This document shows, one piece after another, positions 15,907 through 25,251 of a stretch of 32,000 bases of DNA (its first letter is position 1; each line of letters opens with the position of its first letter). Under the pieces are notes generated by a model that worked only from the letters and a program-made list of their open reading frames with translations, was not told the DNA's origin and searched no databases. The stretch is taken from assembly GCF_000299365.1 (NCBI RefSeq), contig NC_018655.1:870001-902000 (forward strand), read 5' to 3'. This DNA comes from Candidatus Nitrosopumilus koreensis AR1 (GTDB lineage Archaea; Thermoproteota; Nitrososphaeria; Nitrososphaerales; Nitrosopumilaceae). Both the position numbers and the translations under genes were made by a program.

Positions 15907-16182
15907 ATGGCAGTATTAACAAAAGAGACAATAGATGAGATTTTAACATATTTAGAAAAATCAATTATGAACCTAGCAAGAGATGCATTTGAGAATTTAG
16001 AAGTAGACGGAGGATTTGAAGGAACAATAAATTTTCTAGAAAATCAATTTGAAATAAGGCTAGAAAATTTACTTGTATCAAAAGGTTTTAGCACACATCA
16101 TTTAGAATCAGGAATCAAAAATAAAATTATTCAAAGAAAACAGGTGATTTTTGGAGATATTTTAAAACAATATAAAAATTAG
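15907..16182 (+). CDS. Hypothetical protein
   Basis: The 91-aa ORF is 11 nt downstream of pinA, on the same strand, and looks helical. No family was recognised. Confidence 0.45.
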   Translation: MAVLTKETIDEILTYLEKSIMNLARDAFENLEVDGGFEGTINFLENQFEIRLENLLVSKGFSTHHLESGIKNKIIQRKQVIFGDILKQYKN

Positions 16183-16192
16183 ATAAACGCAT

Positions 16193-17683
16193 CTAATCCT
16201 GTTTTTTTAGGTAGTTCTTGATTTTTTCTAATACTTTGGTCATCTTATCTCCCATAGATTTCGATGCAGTCATTTTTCGTTTTCCAATCCAATAATATGT
16301 TTCATCAATAGTATTTTTTGCAATTAACACTACTAGTTTTCCAGTGTCTTTTCTCCCAGTTCGTCCCCTTCTTTGAATAAATCTAACAGAACTGGGCACA
16401 TTATCATAAAAGATAACCTGATTTACTTCAGCAATATCCAATCCTTCTTCGCCAACACGCGTTGCAATTAAAACATCAAATACCCCATCTCGAAATTTTT
16501 GTACAGTTTCAATTTGCTTTTTTTGTTTTAAACCTGTCTCCCCTGCTTTCCCAATTAATATTCCAGCAGAAACCCCAAGTTCTGTTAATTTGTTAAAAAT
16601 TAGATCAACTGAATCACGATAGCTGGTAAAGATCAGAGTTTTTCCTGGAACAGAATCCAAGATACTCTTTAGTTTAGGGATTTTAGAATGCTCTATTCCT
16701 CTTGATTGAGCTTCTTTTGCAAGATGTATTGCTCGAGTAAAATTTGGATCAATTTCAAAGAGTTCTTTGACGCCTGCTCCTTTTTTTGCTTGTGCACGCT
16801 CACAAAACTTCAAGAACGGGGTCACTCCATGCGCCTCCAAAATATTTAGTGCATAATGAATTCTGATTGCAGTGAATAATGGTTTTGCAGAACGTCTGTT
16901 TTGATTTAAAACAAATTGTCGTATTCTTAATAACGCAGAAAGAGATTGTTGCTCAGCTAGTTTAATTCCATTAGATCGTAATGTATCATATCTTTGATCC
17001 AGTGCCAATTTCAACAATGTTTGAATAGACTTTAGTTCAGAGGGAAGTTCAACATTTATCCATTCAGTATTTGTTTCTTGAGTATAGGGTTTGACATCAG
17101 GACTATCCTCAGTTCTTTCAGCAACACTAGCAATTTGGAGTTTAGTAAGAATTTCAGTTGCTTTGTCTTTTTCACTTGGCAAGGTAGCAGTCATTCCAAC
17201 AATTCTTGCAGAAGAATTTGTAAAACGCTCAGCAATTCCAGAATATGCATAGTCACCAGCTGTTCTATGTACTTCATCAAAAATTACAAGATTGAATTGA
17301 TCTGATGAGACAATACCTCTATCAAGATCATTTTTTGTAATTTCAGGAGTTGCACAAATTACACTATTATTCCACAGTTTAGTTCTTTTTTGAATCGGGT
17401 CTTCTCCAGTAATTAGTGAAATATCATCCAAAGTAAGATTTTCTTTTAAGAATTCATAGTGTTGATTGACAAGAACCCTTGTAGGAGCTAAAAAGAGAAC
17501 CCCCCCAGTACCCGTAGAAAGATATTCGGCAATGACTTGTAATGCAATTGCAGTCTTTCCAAGACCAGTTGGCAAAACAACAATACAGTTCTCAGATATA
17601 GCTTGATTTGCAAGATTTACTTGATAGGCTCGTTTTTCAATAGAGTCTTTTTTAACATATTTTCTTTCAATAAACTCAGTCAA
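16193..17683 (-). CDS. Hef/FANCM-like superfamily-2 helicase (ERCC4-related helicase), helicase core only
   Basis: It has motif I (LPTGLGKT), motif II (FDEVHRT), motif III (MTATLP) and motif VI (QRRGRTGR). The opening RAYQVNLANQA is typical of COG1111-type Hef helicases. The start is TTG. No nuclease domain follows. Confidence 0.8.
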   Translation of the reverse strand: MTEFIERKYVKKDSIEKRAYQVNLANQAISENCIVVLPTGLGKTAIALQVIAEYLSTGTGGVLFLAPTRVLVNQHYEFLKENLTLDDISLITGEDPIQKRTKLWNNSVICATPEITKNDLDRGIVSSDQFNLVIFDEVHRTAGDYAYSGIAERFTNSSARIVGMTATLPSEKDKATEILTKLQIASVAERTEDSPDVKPYTQETNTEWINVELPSELKSIQTLLKLALDQRYDTLRSNGIKLAEQQSLSALLRIRQFVLNQNRRSAKPLFTAIRIHYALNILEAHGVTPFLKFCERAQAKKGAGVKELFEIDPNFTRAIHLAKEAQSRGIEHSKIPKLKSILDSVPGKTLIFTSYRDSVDLIFNKLTELGVSAGILIGKAGETGLKQKKQIETVQKFRDGVFDVLIATRVGEEGLDIAEVNQVIFYDNVPSSVRFIQRRGRTGRKDTGKLVVLIAKNTIDETYYWIGKRKMTASKSMGDKMTKVLEKIKNYLKKQD

Positions 17684-17778
17684 CTGATAATGGAAATTTG
17701 CAATTTATCGATTTTATGCTTTCGTGTAGTTAACCATTGACAAACAGATACTTTTGAATTTCAAATAAATAAAAATTT

Positions 17779-18102
17779 GTGCCTGATACCAATAATTTAG
17801 ATATAAAAATAACTCAAAGGAGCCCATTTTTATCCAATAATCACATAGAGTGTATATTGAGTGACAAAAATCCCAATGAAGAATACTTTCAATCACTGCT
17901 TAAATCTTTGAACCAAGATCCCAATTGGAGAATTGTAGAAGAATATTTGGAAAAATATGAGTTAATCAAAAAAGATCTTACGCAAGAACAACAAACCGTA
18001 ATTTCAGAGATGGGAAGGGCAATGCTTGCATTGGCAGATTCACAACCCAAAATCATCATAGACAAATTCCTAGAGTTAGTTCAGAACATGAATAAAAAAT
18101 AG
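17779..18102 (+). CDS. Hypothetical protein
   Basis: The 107-aa ORF has a GTG start and a helical, acidic/basic mixed composition. The start is uncertain and no family was recognised. Confidence 0.4.
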   Translation: MPDTNNLDIKITQRSPFLSNNHIECILSDKNPNEEYFQSLLKSLNQDPNWRIVEEYLEKYELIKKDLTQEQQTVISEMGRAMLALADSQPKIIIDKFLELVQNMNKK

Positions 18103-18156
18103 TGTTTAGACACTAGACAATTAATACAAAAAAGGAAAAAACTAGTCTAGTTTTTT
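18103..18156. terminator. Convergent-gene terminator region (oligo-T tracts on both strands plus small hairpins)
   Basis: A TAGTGT-TTAG-ACACTA hairpin sits at 18100-18115. ACTAGAC (18112-18118) pairs with GTCTAGT (18145-18151) and is followed by T6 (18151-18156) on the plus strand. The A-runs at 18127-18140 are T-runs for the minus-strand gene that ends at 18142. Archaeal termination at oligo-T is established, but its use here is inferred. Confidence 0.35.
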
Positions 18157-18330
18157 CTTGGCTTTGTTGATCATAGCAATTTCTTCACGCAAGTGTTTCT
18201 TTAACAAGCGTTCATGTGCTTTTTTGTGAACACTATATGCAGTGTTAAGGGATTTTTTTGTTTTTGCTCTTTTTACTGCATTGTTGAATTTTTTGTGAAT
18301 TGCATTTACTTCAGATGTATAGGTTGCCAT
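18142..18330 (-). CDS. Small lysine-rich helical protein (hypothetical). The ORF-track N-terminus has been trimmed.
   Basis: I used the internal Met (complement of 18328-18330): MATYTSEVNAIHKKFNNAVKRAKTKKSLNTAYSVHKKAHERLLKKHLREEIAMINKAKKKLD. The upstream 47 codons of the track ORF are hydrophobic junk that overlaps the dCMP deaminase start. Confidence 0.45.
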   Translation of the reverse strand: MATYTSEVNAIHKKFNNAVKRAKTKKSLNTAYSVHKKAHERLLKKHLREEIAMINKAKKKLD

Positions 18331-18424
18331 TAAATCAGATGGTTTAAGGATATTAAAGAAGTTTATGTGTAAATTATTCAAAAATATGATCGCATAGCCA
18401 TTCACACATAACGCGATCCATATA

Positions 18425-18970
18425 TTGAACAGAAAAACAGAATTGGTGTTGAGTACTTTTGAGAGACCCAATTGGGATGAATATTTTATGCTTCAAGCAG
18501 AACTTGCAAAATTGCGCTCAAATTGTGTAACAAGACAAGTAGGAGCAGTCATTGTTAGAAACCACAGACAGTTAGCAACAGGATACAACGGGACACCTCC
18601 AGGAATCAAAAACTGTTTTGATGGAGGGTGTAAAAGATGCCAATTAAGAATGGAAGGAAAGATTGAATCAGGAGCATCACTTGACAGATGTCTTTGCAAT
18701 CATGCAGAAGCTAATGCAATAATGCATTGTGCAATTTTAGGCATAGAAGCAGGCATAGAAGGAGCAATACTGTATACAACATTTGTTCCCTGTTTGGAAT
18801 GTACAAAGATGGCAATTACAATAGGCATTAGAAAATTTGTGTGTCTTGACTCTTATCCAGAAACAGACTTTGACTTGTTAAAGGAAGCAGGGGTAGAAGT
18901 GGTTCAATTAGATAAAGCAAAAATTGCAAAATGGGCTCAAGAACTAGTTAACAAATACAATTCTGGATGA
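18425..18970 (+). CDS. dCMP deaminase (cytidine/deoxycytidylate deaminase zinc-binding family)
   Basis: It has RPNWDEYFM at the N-terminus, plus the HAEANAI (H-A-E) and PCLECTKMA (P-C-x-x-C) zinc/catalytic motifs. The start is TTG and its exact position is uncertain. Confidence 0.85.
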   Translation: MNRKTELVLSTFERPNWDEYFMLQAELAKLRSNCVTRQVGAVIVRNHRQLATGYNGTPPGIKNCFDGGCKRCQLRMEGKIESGASLDRCLCNHAEANAIMHCAILGIEAGIEGAILYTTFVPCLECTKMAITIGIRKFVCLDSYPETDFDLLKEAGVEVVQLDKAKIAKWAQELVNKYNSG

Positions 18971-18974
18971 TAAA

Positions 18975-21533
18975 ATGCAAGTCAATATGGGAGAATCTAA
19001 AAAAATTGAAACAATGCCACCATCAATGTTAGTGTCAGCAACATATGATAACAATTCAAAATCGGCAGTTTTAAAGTTCTATAATCCAGAATCTCAAAAA
19101 TTATTTTTATGGAAAGATGAAATTAATCATAAACCATATTGCTATTCAAGACTTGCCCCAGAAGAATTAGAATTTCTTCAAGAAAGAGATGACGTATTAG
19201 AAATTAAAACAGTTCAACGATATGACCTGATGAAAGACAAAGAGGTAGACATGTCAAAAATTACAGTAGCGGATCCACTTGCAATTGGAGGCACATCTGG
19301 AGACAAGAGTATTAGAAACGTAATTGAAACATGGGAATCAGACATCAAATATTATGAAAATTATCTATACGACAGAAATCTAATAGTGGGAAAATATTAC
19401 GAAGGTGTAAACGGAAGCATTCAACCCCATGATTTAGAAATTTCTGATGAAGTAAAAATTGCCCTAAAGAGTTTGTTGTGGGATAAGATTGACAGCGAAA
19501 GTATTGTAGATGCAGATGAATTTAAAAAATTTGTTTCTGAATGGGCAGATTTGCTCAATCAACCAATTCCAAAGATCAAAAGACTGAGCGTAGACATTGA
19601 AGTTGAAGCTGAAATCGGAAGGATTCCAGACCCAAAGATTGCAGAAAAAAAAGTAACTGCAATAGGGATGAAAGGAACGGATGGGTTTGACCAAATTTTT
19701 GTGCTCAAAACAGAAGGAACAGAAGAAGGGGTAAATGAATTAGAGCAAAACATCAAGGTCATATTCTATGATTCAGATAAAGAAAAAAAAATGATTCATG
19801 ACGCATTTAAGTTGATCAAAGAATTTCCGTTTGTTGTAACATACAATGGGGATGAATTTGATTTACCATATCTATACAATAGAGCAGAAAGACTAGGGAT
19901 AAAAAATTCAGAAAATCCGTTTTACATGATGCGTGATTCTGCAACATTGAAACATGGAGTTCATCTTGATTTGTATAGAACATTTTCAAATAGATCATTT
20001 CAAATCTACGCATTTAGTCAAAAATACACAAATTTTTCACTAAATAGTGTCTGTAAAGCACTACTTGGAAAAGAAAAGATAGATTACGGATTAGAATTTG
20101 ATCAATTGTCGCTATATCAAACTGCAAATTATTGTTACAATGATGCATTACTGACATATGAACTTACAAGTTTTAACAATGAACTGCTGATGCAATTATT
20201 GATAATCATTTCAAGAATTGGGAGGATGCCAATTGATGATATTGCAAGAATGGGAGTATCACAATGGATTCGAAGTCTTTTGTATTACGAACATAGAAAA
20301 AGGAATTATCTCATTCCAAAAAGACAGGAATTAGAAAGAAGATCAGAAGGGGTAATGTCTGATGCAGTTATCAAAGACAAAAAATACAGAGGAGGACTAG
20401 TGGTTGAACCAAAAGAGGGAATTCATTTTGATGTTGTTGTAATGGACTTTGCAAGTCTGTATCCTAGCATTATCAAGGTCAGAAATTTATCGTATGAGAC
20501 TGTCAGGTGCCCACATGAAGAATGTAAAAAAAATACAATTCCAGGAACGAATCACTGGACTTGTTCAAAGAAAAACGGCATTACATCAATGATCATAGGT
20601 TCATTGAGGGATTTGAGGGTAAATTACTACAAGAGTTTATCAAAAAAAGAGACACTTACTGATGAGCAAAGACAGCAATACACAGTAGTAAGTCAAGCAC
20701 TTAAAGTAATTCTAAATGCAAGTTATGGGGTGATGGGAGCTGAGATATTCCCATTATATTTTCTGCCTGCAGCAGAAGCTACCACCGCAATTGGAAGGCA
20801 CACAATTTTAGAGACAATCAAAAAATGTGAATCTGCAGGAATCAAAGTTCTTTATGGAGATACAGATTCATTATTTATCAAAAATCCAACTAAAGAACAG
20901 ATTCAAACAGTAATCGAGCAAGCAAAAAAAGATCACGGTGTTGACTTAGAAATTGACAAAACATACAGGTATTGTGTTCTAAGTAACAGAAAGAAAAATT
21001 ATCTAGGAGTAACCAAAGAAGGAAAAGTAGACGTCAAAGGCCTTACAGGAAAAAAATCACACACACCACCATTTATCAAGAAATTATTTTACGAATTACT
21101 TGATGTGTTGTCCAGTGTTCAAACAATTGAAGATTTTGAAAGAGCCAAAAAAGAAATTTCTGAAAAAATTGCCACATGCGGCAAAAAAGTAGAAGCAAAA
21201 GAAATCCCACTAGAAGATCTGACATTCAACGTAATGCTTAGCAAAGCACCATCAGAATATACAAAAACAATTCCACAACATATCCGAGCAGCAAAACAAC
21301 TAGAAACAATAAGGGAGATAAAGAAAGGAGACAGAATATCCTACATCAAAATTCTAAACAAACCAGGAGTAAAACCTGTAGAGATGGCAAAAAAAGAAGA
21401 GATTGATTCTAAAAAATACATGGAATTTATGGAAGCAACATTGGAACAGATTACATCATCAATGAATTTGGATTTTGATACAATTTTAGGAAAGCCAAAA
21501 CAAACAGGATTAGACGAATTTTTCTGGAATTAG
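18975..21533 (+). CDS. polB: Family B DNA polymerase
   Basis: It has Exo I (LSVDIEV), motif A (DFASLYPSII), motif B (KVILNASYGVMG) and motif C (YGDTDS). At 852 aa it has no intein-sized insertion. Confidence 0.95.
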   Translation: MQVNMGESKKIETMPPSMLVSATYDNNSKSAVLKFYNPESQKLFLWKDEINHKPYCYSRLAPEELEFLQERDDVLEIKTVQRYDLMKDKEVDMSKITVADPLAIGGTSGDKSIRNVIETWESDIKYYENYLYDRNLIVGKYYEGVNGSIQPHDLEISDEVKIALKSLLWDKIDSESIVDADEFKKFVSEWADLLNQPIPKIKRLSVDIEVEAEIGRIPDPKIAEKKVTAIGMKGTDGFDQIFVLKTEGTEEGVNELEQNIKVIFYDSDKEKKMIHDAFKLIKEFPFVVTYNGDEFDLPYLYNRAERLGIKNSENPFYMMRDSATLKHGVHLDLYRTFSNRSFQIYAFSQKYTNFSLNSVCKALLGKEKIDYGLEFDQLSLYQTANYCYNDALLTYELTSFNNELLMQLLIIISRIGRMPIDDIARMGVSQWIRSLLYYEHRKRNYLIPKRQELERRSEGVMSDAVIKDKKYRGGLVVEPKEGIHFDVVVMDFASLYPSIIKVRNLSYETVRCPHEECKKNTIPGTNHWTCSKKNGITSMIIGSLRDLRVNYYKSLSKKETLTDEQRQQYTVVSQALKVILNASYGVMGAEIFPLYFLPAAEATTAIGRHTILETIKKCESAGIKVLYGDTDSLFIKNPTKEQIQTVIEQAKKDHGVDLEIDKTYRYCVLSNRKKNYLGVTKEGKVDVKGLTGKKSHTPPFIKKLFYELLDVLSSVQTIEDFERAKKEISEKIATCGKKVEAKEIPLEDLTFNVMLSKAPSEYTKTIPQHIRAAKQLETIREIKKGDRISYIKILNKPGVKPVEMAKKEEIDSKKYMEFMEATLEQITSSMNLDFDTILGKPKQTGLDEFFWN

Positions 21534-21541
21534 TGAAATAA

Positions 21542-21835
21542 ATGGAAATTGACGGAACCCTACTTACCATCTTAGGAATAGCTGCAGGAATTCTAATTCT
21601 TTCAGGATGGGTAGAACAAATCTACAAAGGATACAAAACAAAAAGACTCAAAGATGTTTCAAAATTTTTGATGATATTCATAGCATCAGGTTCAATTTTA
21701 TGGTTAATTTATGGAATCATAGTAGAAGACGTGTTTATCATTGGGACAAATGCATCAGGAATTGCATTAATGATGATTGTATTGGGAATGAAGAAAACAT
21801 ATGATAAAAGATTAAGAAGTCAAATCAAAGATTAA
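21542..21835 (+). CDS. SemiSWEET / PQ-loop family 3-TM membrane protein
   Basis: The 97-aa protein has three TM helices. LSGWVEQIYKGYKTKRLKDVS aligns by eye with the SemiSWEET motif (l-P-Q-v-x-x-x-x-x-T-K-x-x-x-x-i-S), and ILWLIYGII aligns with the conserved W-x-x-Y-G of TM2. Confidence 0.6.
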   Translation: MEIDGTLLTILGIAAGILILSGWVEQIYKGYKTKRLKDVSKFLMIFIASGSILWLIYGIIVEDVFIIGTNASGIALMMIVLGMKKTYDKRLRSQIKD

Positions 21836-21861
21836 ATACAATACAAAAAGGTTCAAAGAAG

Positions 21862-22518
21862 ATGTTTGTAATCAATTGTAAAAATTATGAAGAAATTTCA
21901 GGAGACAAAATCATTAAATTTGTAAAAATTGCTGAAAAAATTTCAAAAAAATTTAAGATAAAAATTGCAATATGTCCACCTCAGCACCTCATAGGAGTTG
22001 TTGCAAATAGTTCAATTCCAATTTTTGCACAACATGTTGATGATTCCAATGTAGGTAGCACGACAGGTTTTGTAATACCAGAATTACTAAAAAAATCCAA
22101 AGTAAATGGATCATTGATCAACCATAGCGAACATAGAATTTTATCAAAAGAGATTTCAAAAATAGTATCAAAGTTAAAAGATCTGAAAATGACATCAATT
22201 GTTTGTGTGAGAGATGTAGCAGAGGCAAGAAAATATGCCAAACTAAACCCAGATTACATTGCAATAGAACCTCCAGAGCTTATAGGTTCAGGAAAATCAG
22301 TATCGACTCATAGACCAGAACTAATAACAAAAGCTGCAATCGCAGTAAAAGATGCAAAAAATAACACAAAACTTCTTTGTGGTGCAGGAATTATTTCAGG
22401 AAAAGATGTTTCAAAAGCAGTTGAATTAGGTTCAAAAGGAATTCTAGTTGCAAGCGGTATAATCAAAGCAAAAGATTGGAACAAAATAATTTCTGAATTT
22501 GCCAAGGCATTAGTTTAA
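21862..22518 (+). CDS. tpiA: Triosephosphate isomerase, short archaeal type
   Basis: The 218-aa protein has FVINCKNYEE at the N-terminus, LINHSEHR (catalytic His region) and IAIEPPELIGSG (catalytic Glu region). Confidence 0.9.
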   Translation: MFVINCKNYEEISGDKIIKFVKIAEKISKKFKIKIAICPPQHLIGVVANSSIPIFAQHVDDSNVGSTTGFVIPELLKKSKVNGSLINHSEHRILSKEISKIVSKLKDLKMTSIVCVRDVAEARKYAKLNPDYIAIEPPELIGSGKSVSTHRPELITKAAIAVKDAKNNTKLLCGAGIISGKDVSKAVELGSKGILVASGIIKAKDWNKIISEFAKALV

Positions 22519-22545
22519 AAAGCCAAAAAATTTACGCATTTTTGC

Positions 22546-25209
22546 ATGGCAAAAACAAAACCAGTGTATGCATTTGAAGAGGCAGATAGTAAAAACAGGA
22601 TGCTTTTAGGCGGAAAAGGAGCAGGACTGAGCGAAATGACACGATTAAAGCTTCCAGTACCACCAGGATTTACGATCACAACTGAAGTTTGTAACAAGTA
22701 TTATGAAAATAACAGAAAACTCCCAAAAGATGTCATGCCATTAGTAATGAAAAATATTGAAAAAATAGAGAAAAAAACAGGGAAAAAATGGAATTCAACA
22801 AAAAACCCATTGCTGGTTTCAGTTCGTTCTGGGGCAGCCATATCAATGCCAGGAATGATGGATACGATTTTGAATTTAGGATTAAATGAAAAAACAGTGG
22901 AAGGATTAGCAAATCAAACAAAAAATCCACGTTTTGCATGGGATTCATATCGAAGATTTATCCAATTATTTGGAAAAGTGGTATTTGGGGTAAATGATGA
23001 AAAATTTGATCACGTATTAGAATCTGCAAAAAACAAACAAAACGTAAAAGATGACAGTCAATTAAGTGTTGAATCACTAGAAAAAATTGTAGCAGAATAT
23101 AAAAAAATCTGTGAAACACACACAAAAAGAAAATTTCCGGATTCGCCTAATGAACAATTAGGATTGGCAATAGAAGCTGTCTTCAAAAGTTGGATGGGAG
23201 AAAGAGCAATAGTTTATCGTGAAAAAAACAACATAACAAAAGACATTGCAAATGGAACTGCAGTTAATGTTGTTACAATGGTTTTTGGAAACATGGGAGA
23301 TGACAGTGCAACAGGTGTTGTATTTACAAGAAACGGACACAATGGCAAGAAGGAAATTGAGGGGGAATATTTGATAAATGCGCAAGGAGAAGATGTGGTT
23401 GCAGGAGTCAGAACAGGAAAAAATGTATCTCTATTAAAAAAAGAAATGCCAAAATCTTACAAAGAACTAAGCAATGCATGTTCAAAATTAGAGAAACATT
23501 TCAGAGAGCCACAAGATATTGAATTTACCATTGAACAAGGGAAATTCTACTTGTTACAAACAAGAACTGCAAAGATGAGCGCAATGGCATTAATTAAAAC
23601 ATCAGTAGATATGGTAAAAGAAAAATTAATTGATAAAAATAAAGCACTAGCAAGAATTCCTGCACAACAATTAGAAGCATTACTCCATCGAACCATGGAC
23701 GAATCAAAGATCAAAGATCACAAACAATTAGCCAAAGGTATTGCAGCATCACCGGGAGCTGCAAGCGGAATTGCTGTGTTTGATGTAAAAAAAGCAATAG
23801 AGTTAGGAGAAACAGGAAAAAAGATTATTTTAATTAGAAAAGAAACAAAACCAGAAGACGTTCCAGCATTCTTTTCCTCAGAAGGAGTACTGACAAGTTT
23901 GGGAGGAAAATCATCTCATGCAGCAATCGTATCCAGAGGAATGGGAAAACCATGCATTGTAGGATGTTCAGAATTAAAAATCAATTATGAAAATAACACA
24001 TGTGCTGCAAATGGGATCACTGTAAAAGAAGGCGAAACAATCACAATTGACGGTAGTGCAGGAATCGTACTCATTGGCGAAGTCCCAACTGTCGAACCAA
24101 AGGTAACAAAAGATTTTGAACAGATTCTAGTATGGGCACAAAAAGCAAAATCATTAGGAGTTAGGGCAAATGCTGATACTCCAGAGGCTGCAAAACTTGC
24201 ACGAGAATTTGGAGCCCAAGGAATCGGTCTTTGTAGAACAGAGAGGATGTTCAATGCAAGCGACAGAATTGGCTTATTTGTTGATATGATCATGGCAGAA
24301 AACATAGAAGAAAGAGCCAAAGTTCTCAAAAAACTAGGGCAACTACAAAAAAGTGACTTTATTCAAATCCTAAAAGCAATGGAAGGATATGAGGTGACAA
24401 TTAGATTATTGGATCCTCCATTACATGAATTCCTACCAAATCCTGAAGAATTAGCAGAAAAAATTCATACATTAGAAAAGCAAAATGCAACAAAAGAAGT
24501 TGAAGATGCCAAAGTGATACTAAAGAGAGCAAGGGAATTAGCAGAAGTAAATCCAATGATGGGACATAGAGGAGTAAGAGTAGGTATCACATATCCTGAA
24601 ATTTATGAGATGCAAATTCGCGCAGTGTTTGAGGCATTAGTAGAATTAACAAAGAAAAAAGTAAAAGCACATCCACAAATTATGATTCCTCAGATCAGCA
24701 GTATTGCTGAATTAAACCACATAAAGAAAATTTATGACAGAATAAAGAAGGAAGTCGAAACCAAAAACAAAATGAAATTAACGATTAATTTTGGTACCAT
24801 GATAGAAGTTGTAAGGGCAGCATTAACTGCTAACGAACTTGCAACAACTGCAGAGTTCTTTAGTTTTGGTACTAACGATTTAACACAAGGAACGTTTAGT
24901 TTTAGTCGAGAGGATGTAGAAGGAAAATTCCTTCCAGAGTACATGGAAAAAGAACTACTTGAACGAAGTCCGTTCCAATCTATTGATGTAAACGGTGTAG
25001 GAAGCTTAATCAAAATCGGAATTGCCCACGGACGTGGAATAAGAAAGAACATGGAAGTAGGAATTTGCGGAGAGCACGGAGGAGATCCAAGTTCCATTAA
25101 ATTCTGTCATAAAGCAGGATTAAGTTATGTTAGTGCGTCACCTCACAGAATTCCAATAGCAATAGTTGCAGCAGCACAGGCAGCAATTGAAAATCCTAAA
25201 AGAAAATAA
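22546..25209 (+). CDS. ppdK: Pyruvate, phosphate dikinase
   Basis: The 887-aa protein has an N-terminal ATP-grasp region (LLGGKGAGLSEM), the phosphohistidine swivel motif (TSLGGKSSHAAIVSRGMGKPCIVG) and a C-terminal PEP/pyruvate TIM-barrel domain (LCRTERMF, FFSFGTNDLTQ, CGEHGGDP). Confidence 0.95.
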   Translation: MAKTKPVYAFEEADSKNRMLLGGKGAGLSEMTRLKLPVPPGFTITTEVCNKYYENNRKLPKDVMPLVMKNIEKIEKKTGKKWNSTKNPLLVSVRSGAAISMPGMMDTILNLGLNEKTVEGLANQTKNPRFAWDSYRRFIQLFGKVVFGVNDEKFDHVLESAKNKQNVKDDSQLSVESLEKIVAEYKKICETHTKRKFPDSPNEQLGLAIEAVFKSWMGERAIVYREKNNITKDIANGTAVNVVTMVFGNMGDDSATGVVFTRNGHNGKKEIEGEYLINAQGEDVVAGVRTGKNVSLLKKEMPKSYKELSNACSKLEKHFREPQDIEFTIEQGKFYLLQTRTAKMSAMALIKTSVDMVKEKLIDKNKALARIPAQQLEALLHRTMDESKIKDHKQLAKGIAASPGAASGIAVFDVKKAIELGETGKKIILIRKETKPEDVPAFFSSEGVLTSLGGKSSHAAIVSRGMGKPCIVGCSELKINYENNTCAANGITVKEGETITIDGSAGIVLIGEVPTVEPKVTKDFEQILVWAQKAKSLGVRANADTPEAAKLAREFGAQGIGLCRTERMFNASDRIGLFVDMIMAENIEERAKVLKKLGQLQKSDFIQILKAMEGYEVTIRLLDPPLHEFLPNPEELAEKIHTLEKQNATKEVEDAKVILKRARELAEVNPMMGHRGVRVGITYPEIYEMQIRAVFEALVELTKKKVKAHPQIMIPQISSIAELNHIKKIYDRIKKEVETKNKMKLTINFGTMIEVVRAALTANELATTAEFFSFGTNDLTQGTFSFSREDVEGKFLPEYMEKELLERSPFQSIDVNGVGSLIKIGIAHGRGIRKNMEVGICGEHGGDPSSIKFCHKAGLSYVSASPHRIPIAIVAAAQAAIENPKRK

Positions 25210-25251
25210 TCCAGTATAATTTAATAGTGATTAAGCTTTACTTAATCCCAA

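Noticed and set aside
18331-18471. N-terminal 47 codons of the 109-aa track ORF.
   Set aside because: The segment is hydrophobic and non-protein-like, and it overlaps the dCMP deaminase start. The internal Met gives a coherent lysine-rich 62-aa protein.
20504-20572. Cys cluster in PolB (RCPHEECKKNTIPGTNHWTCSKKNG). I considered it as an inserted zinc finger or a mini-intein remnant.
   Set aside because: Archaeal family-B polymerases have Cys pairs at the equivalent position between motifs A and B (for example the Thermococcus enzymes). The total length shows no intein-sized insertion.
21607-21804. 65-aa alternative-frame ORF inside the SemiSWEET-like gene. Similar internal or antisense ORFs occur in ppdK (22733-25097), mcmA, meaB, polB and the aminopeptidase gene.
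   Set aside because: All are nested in genes with clear family signatures and show no independent coding features.
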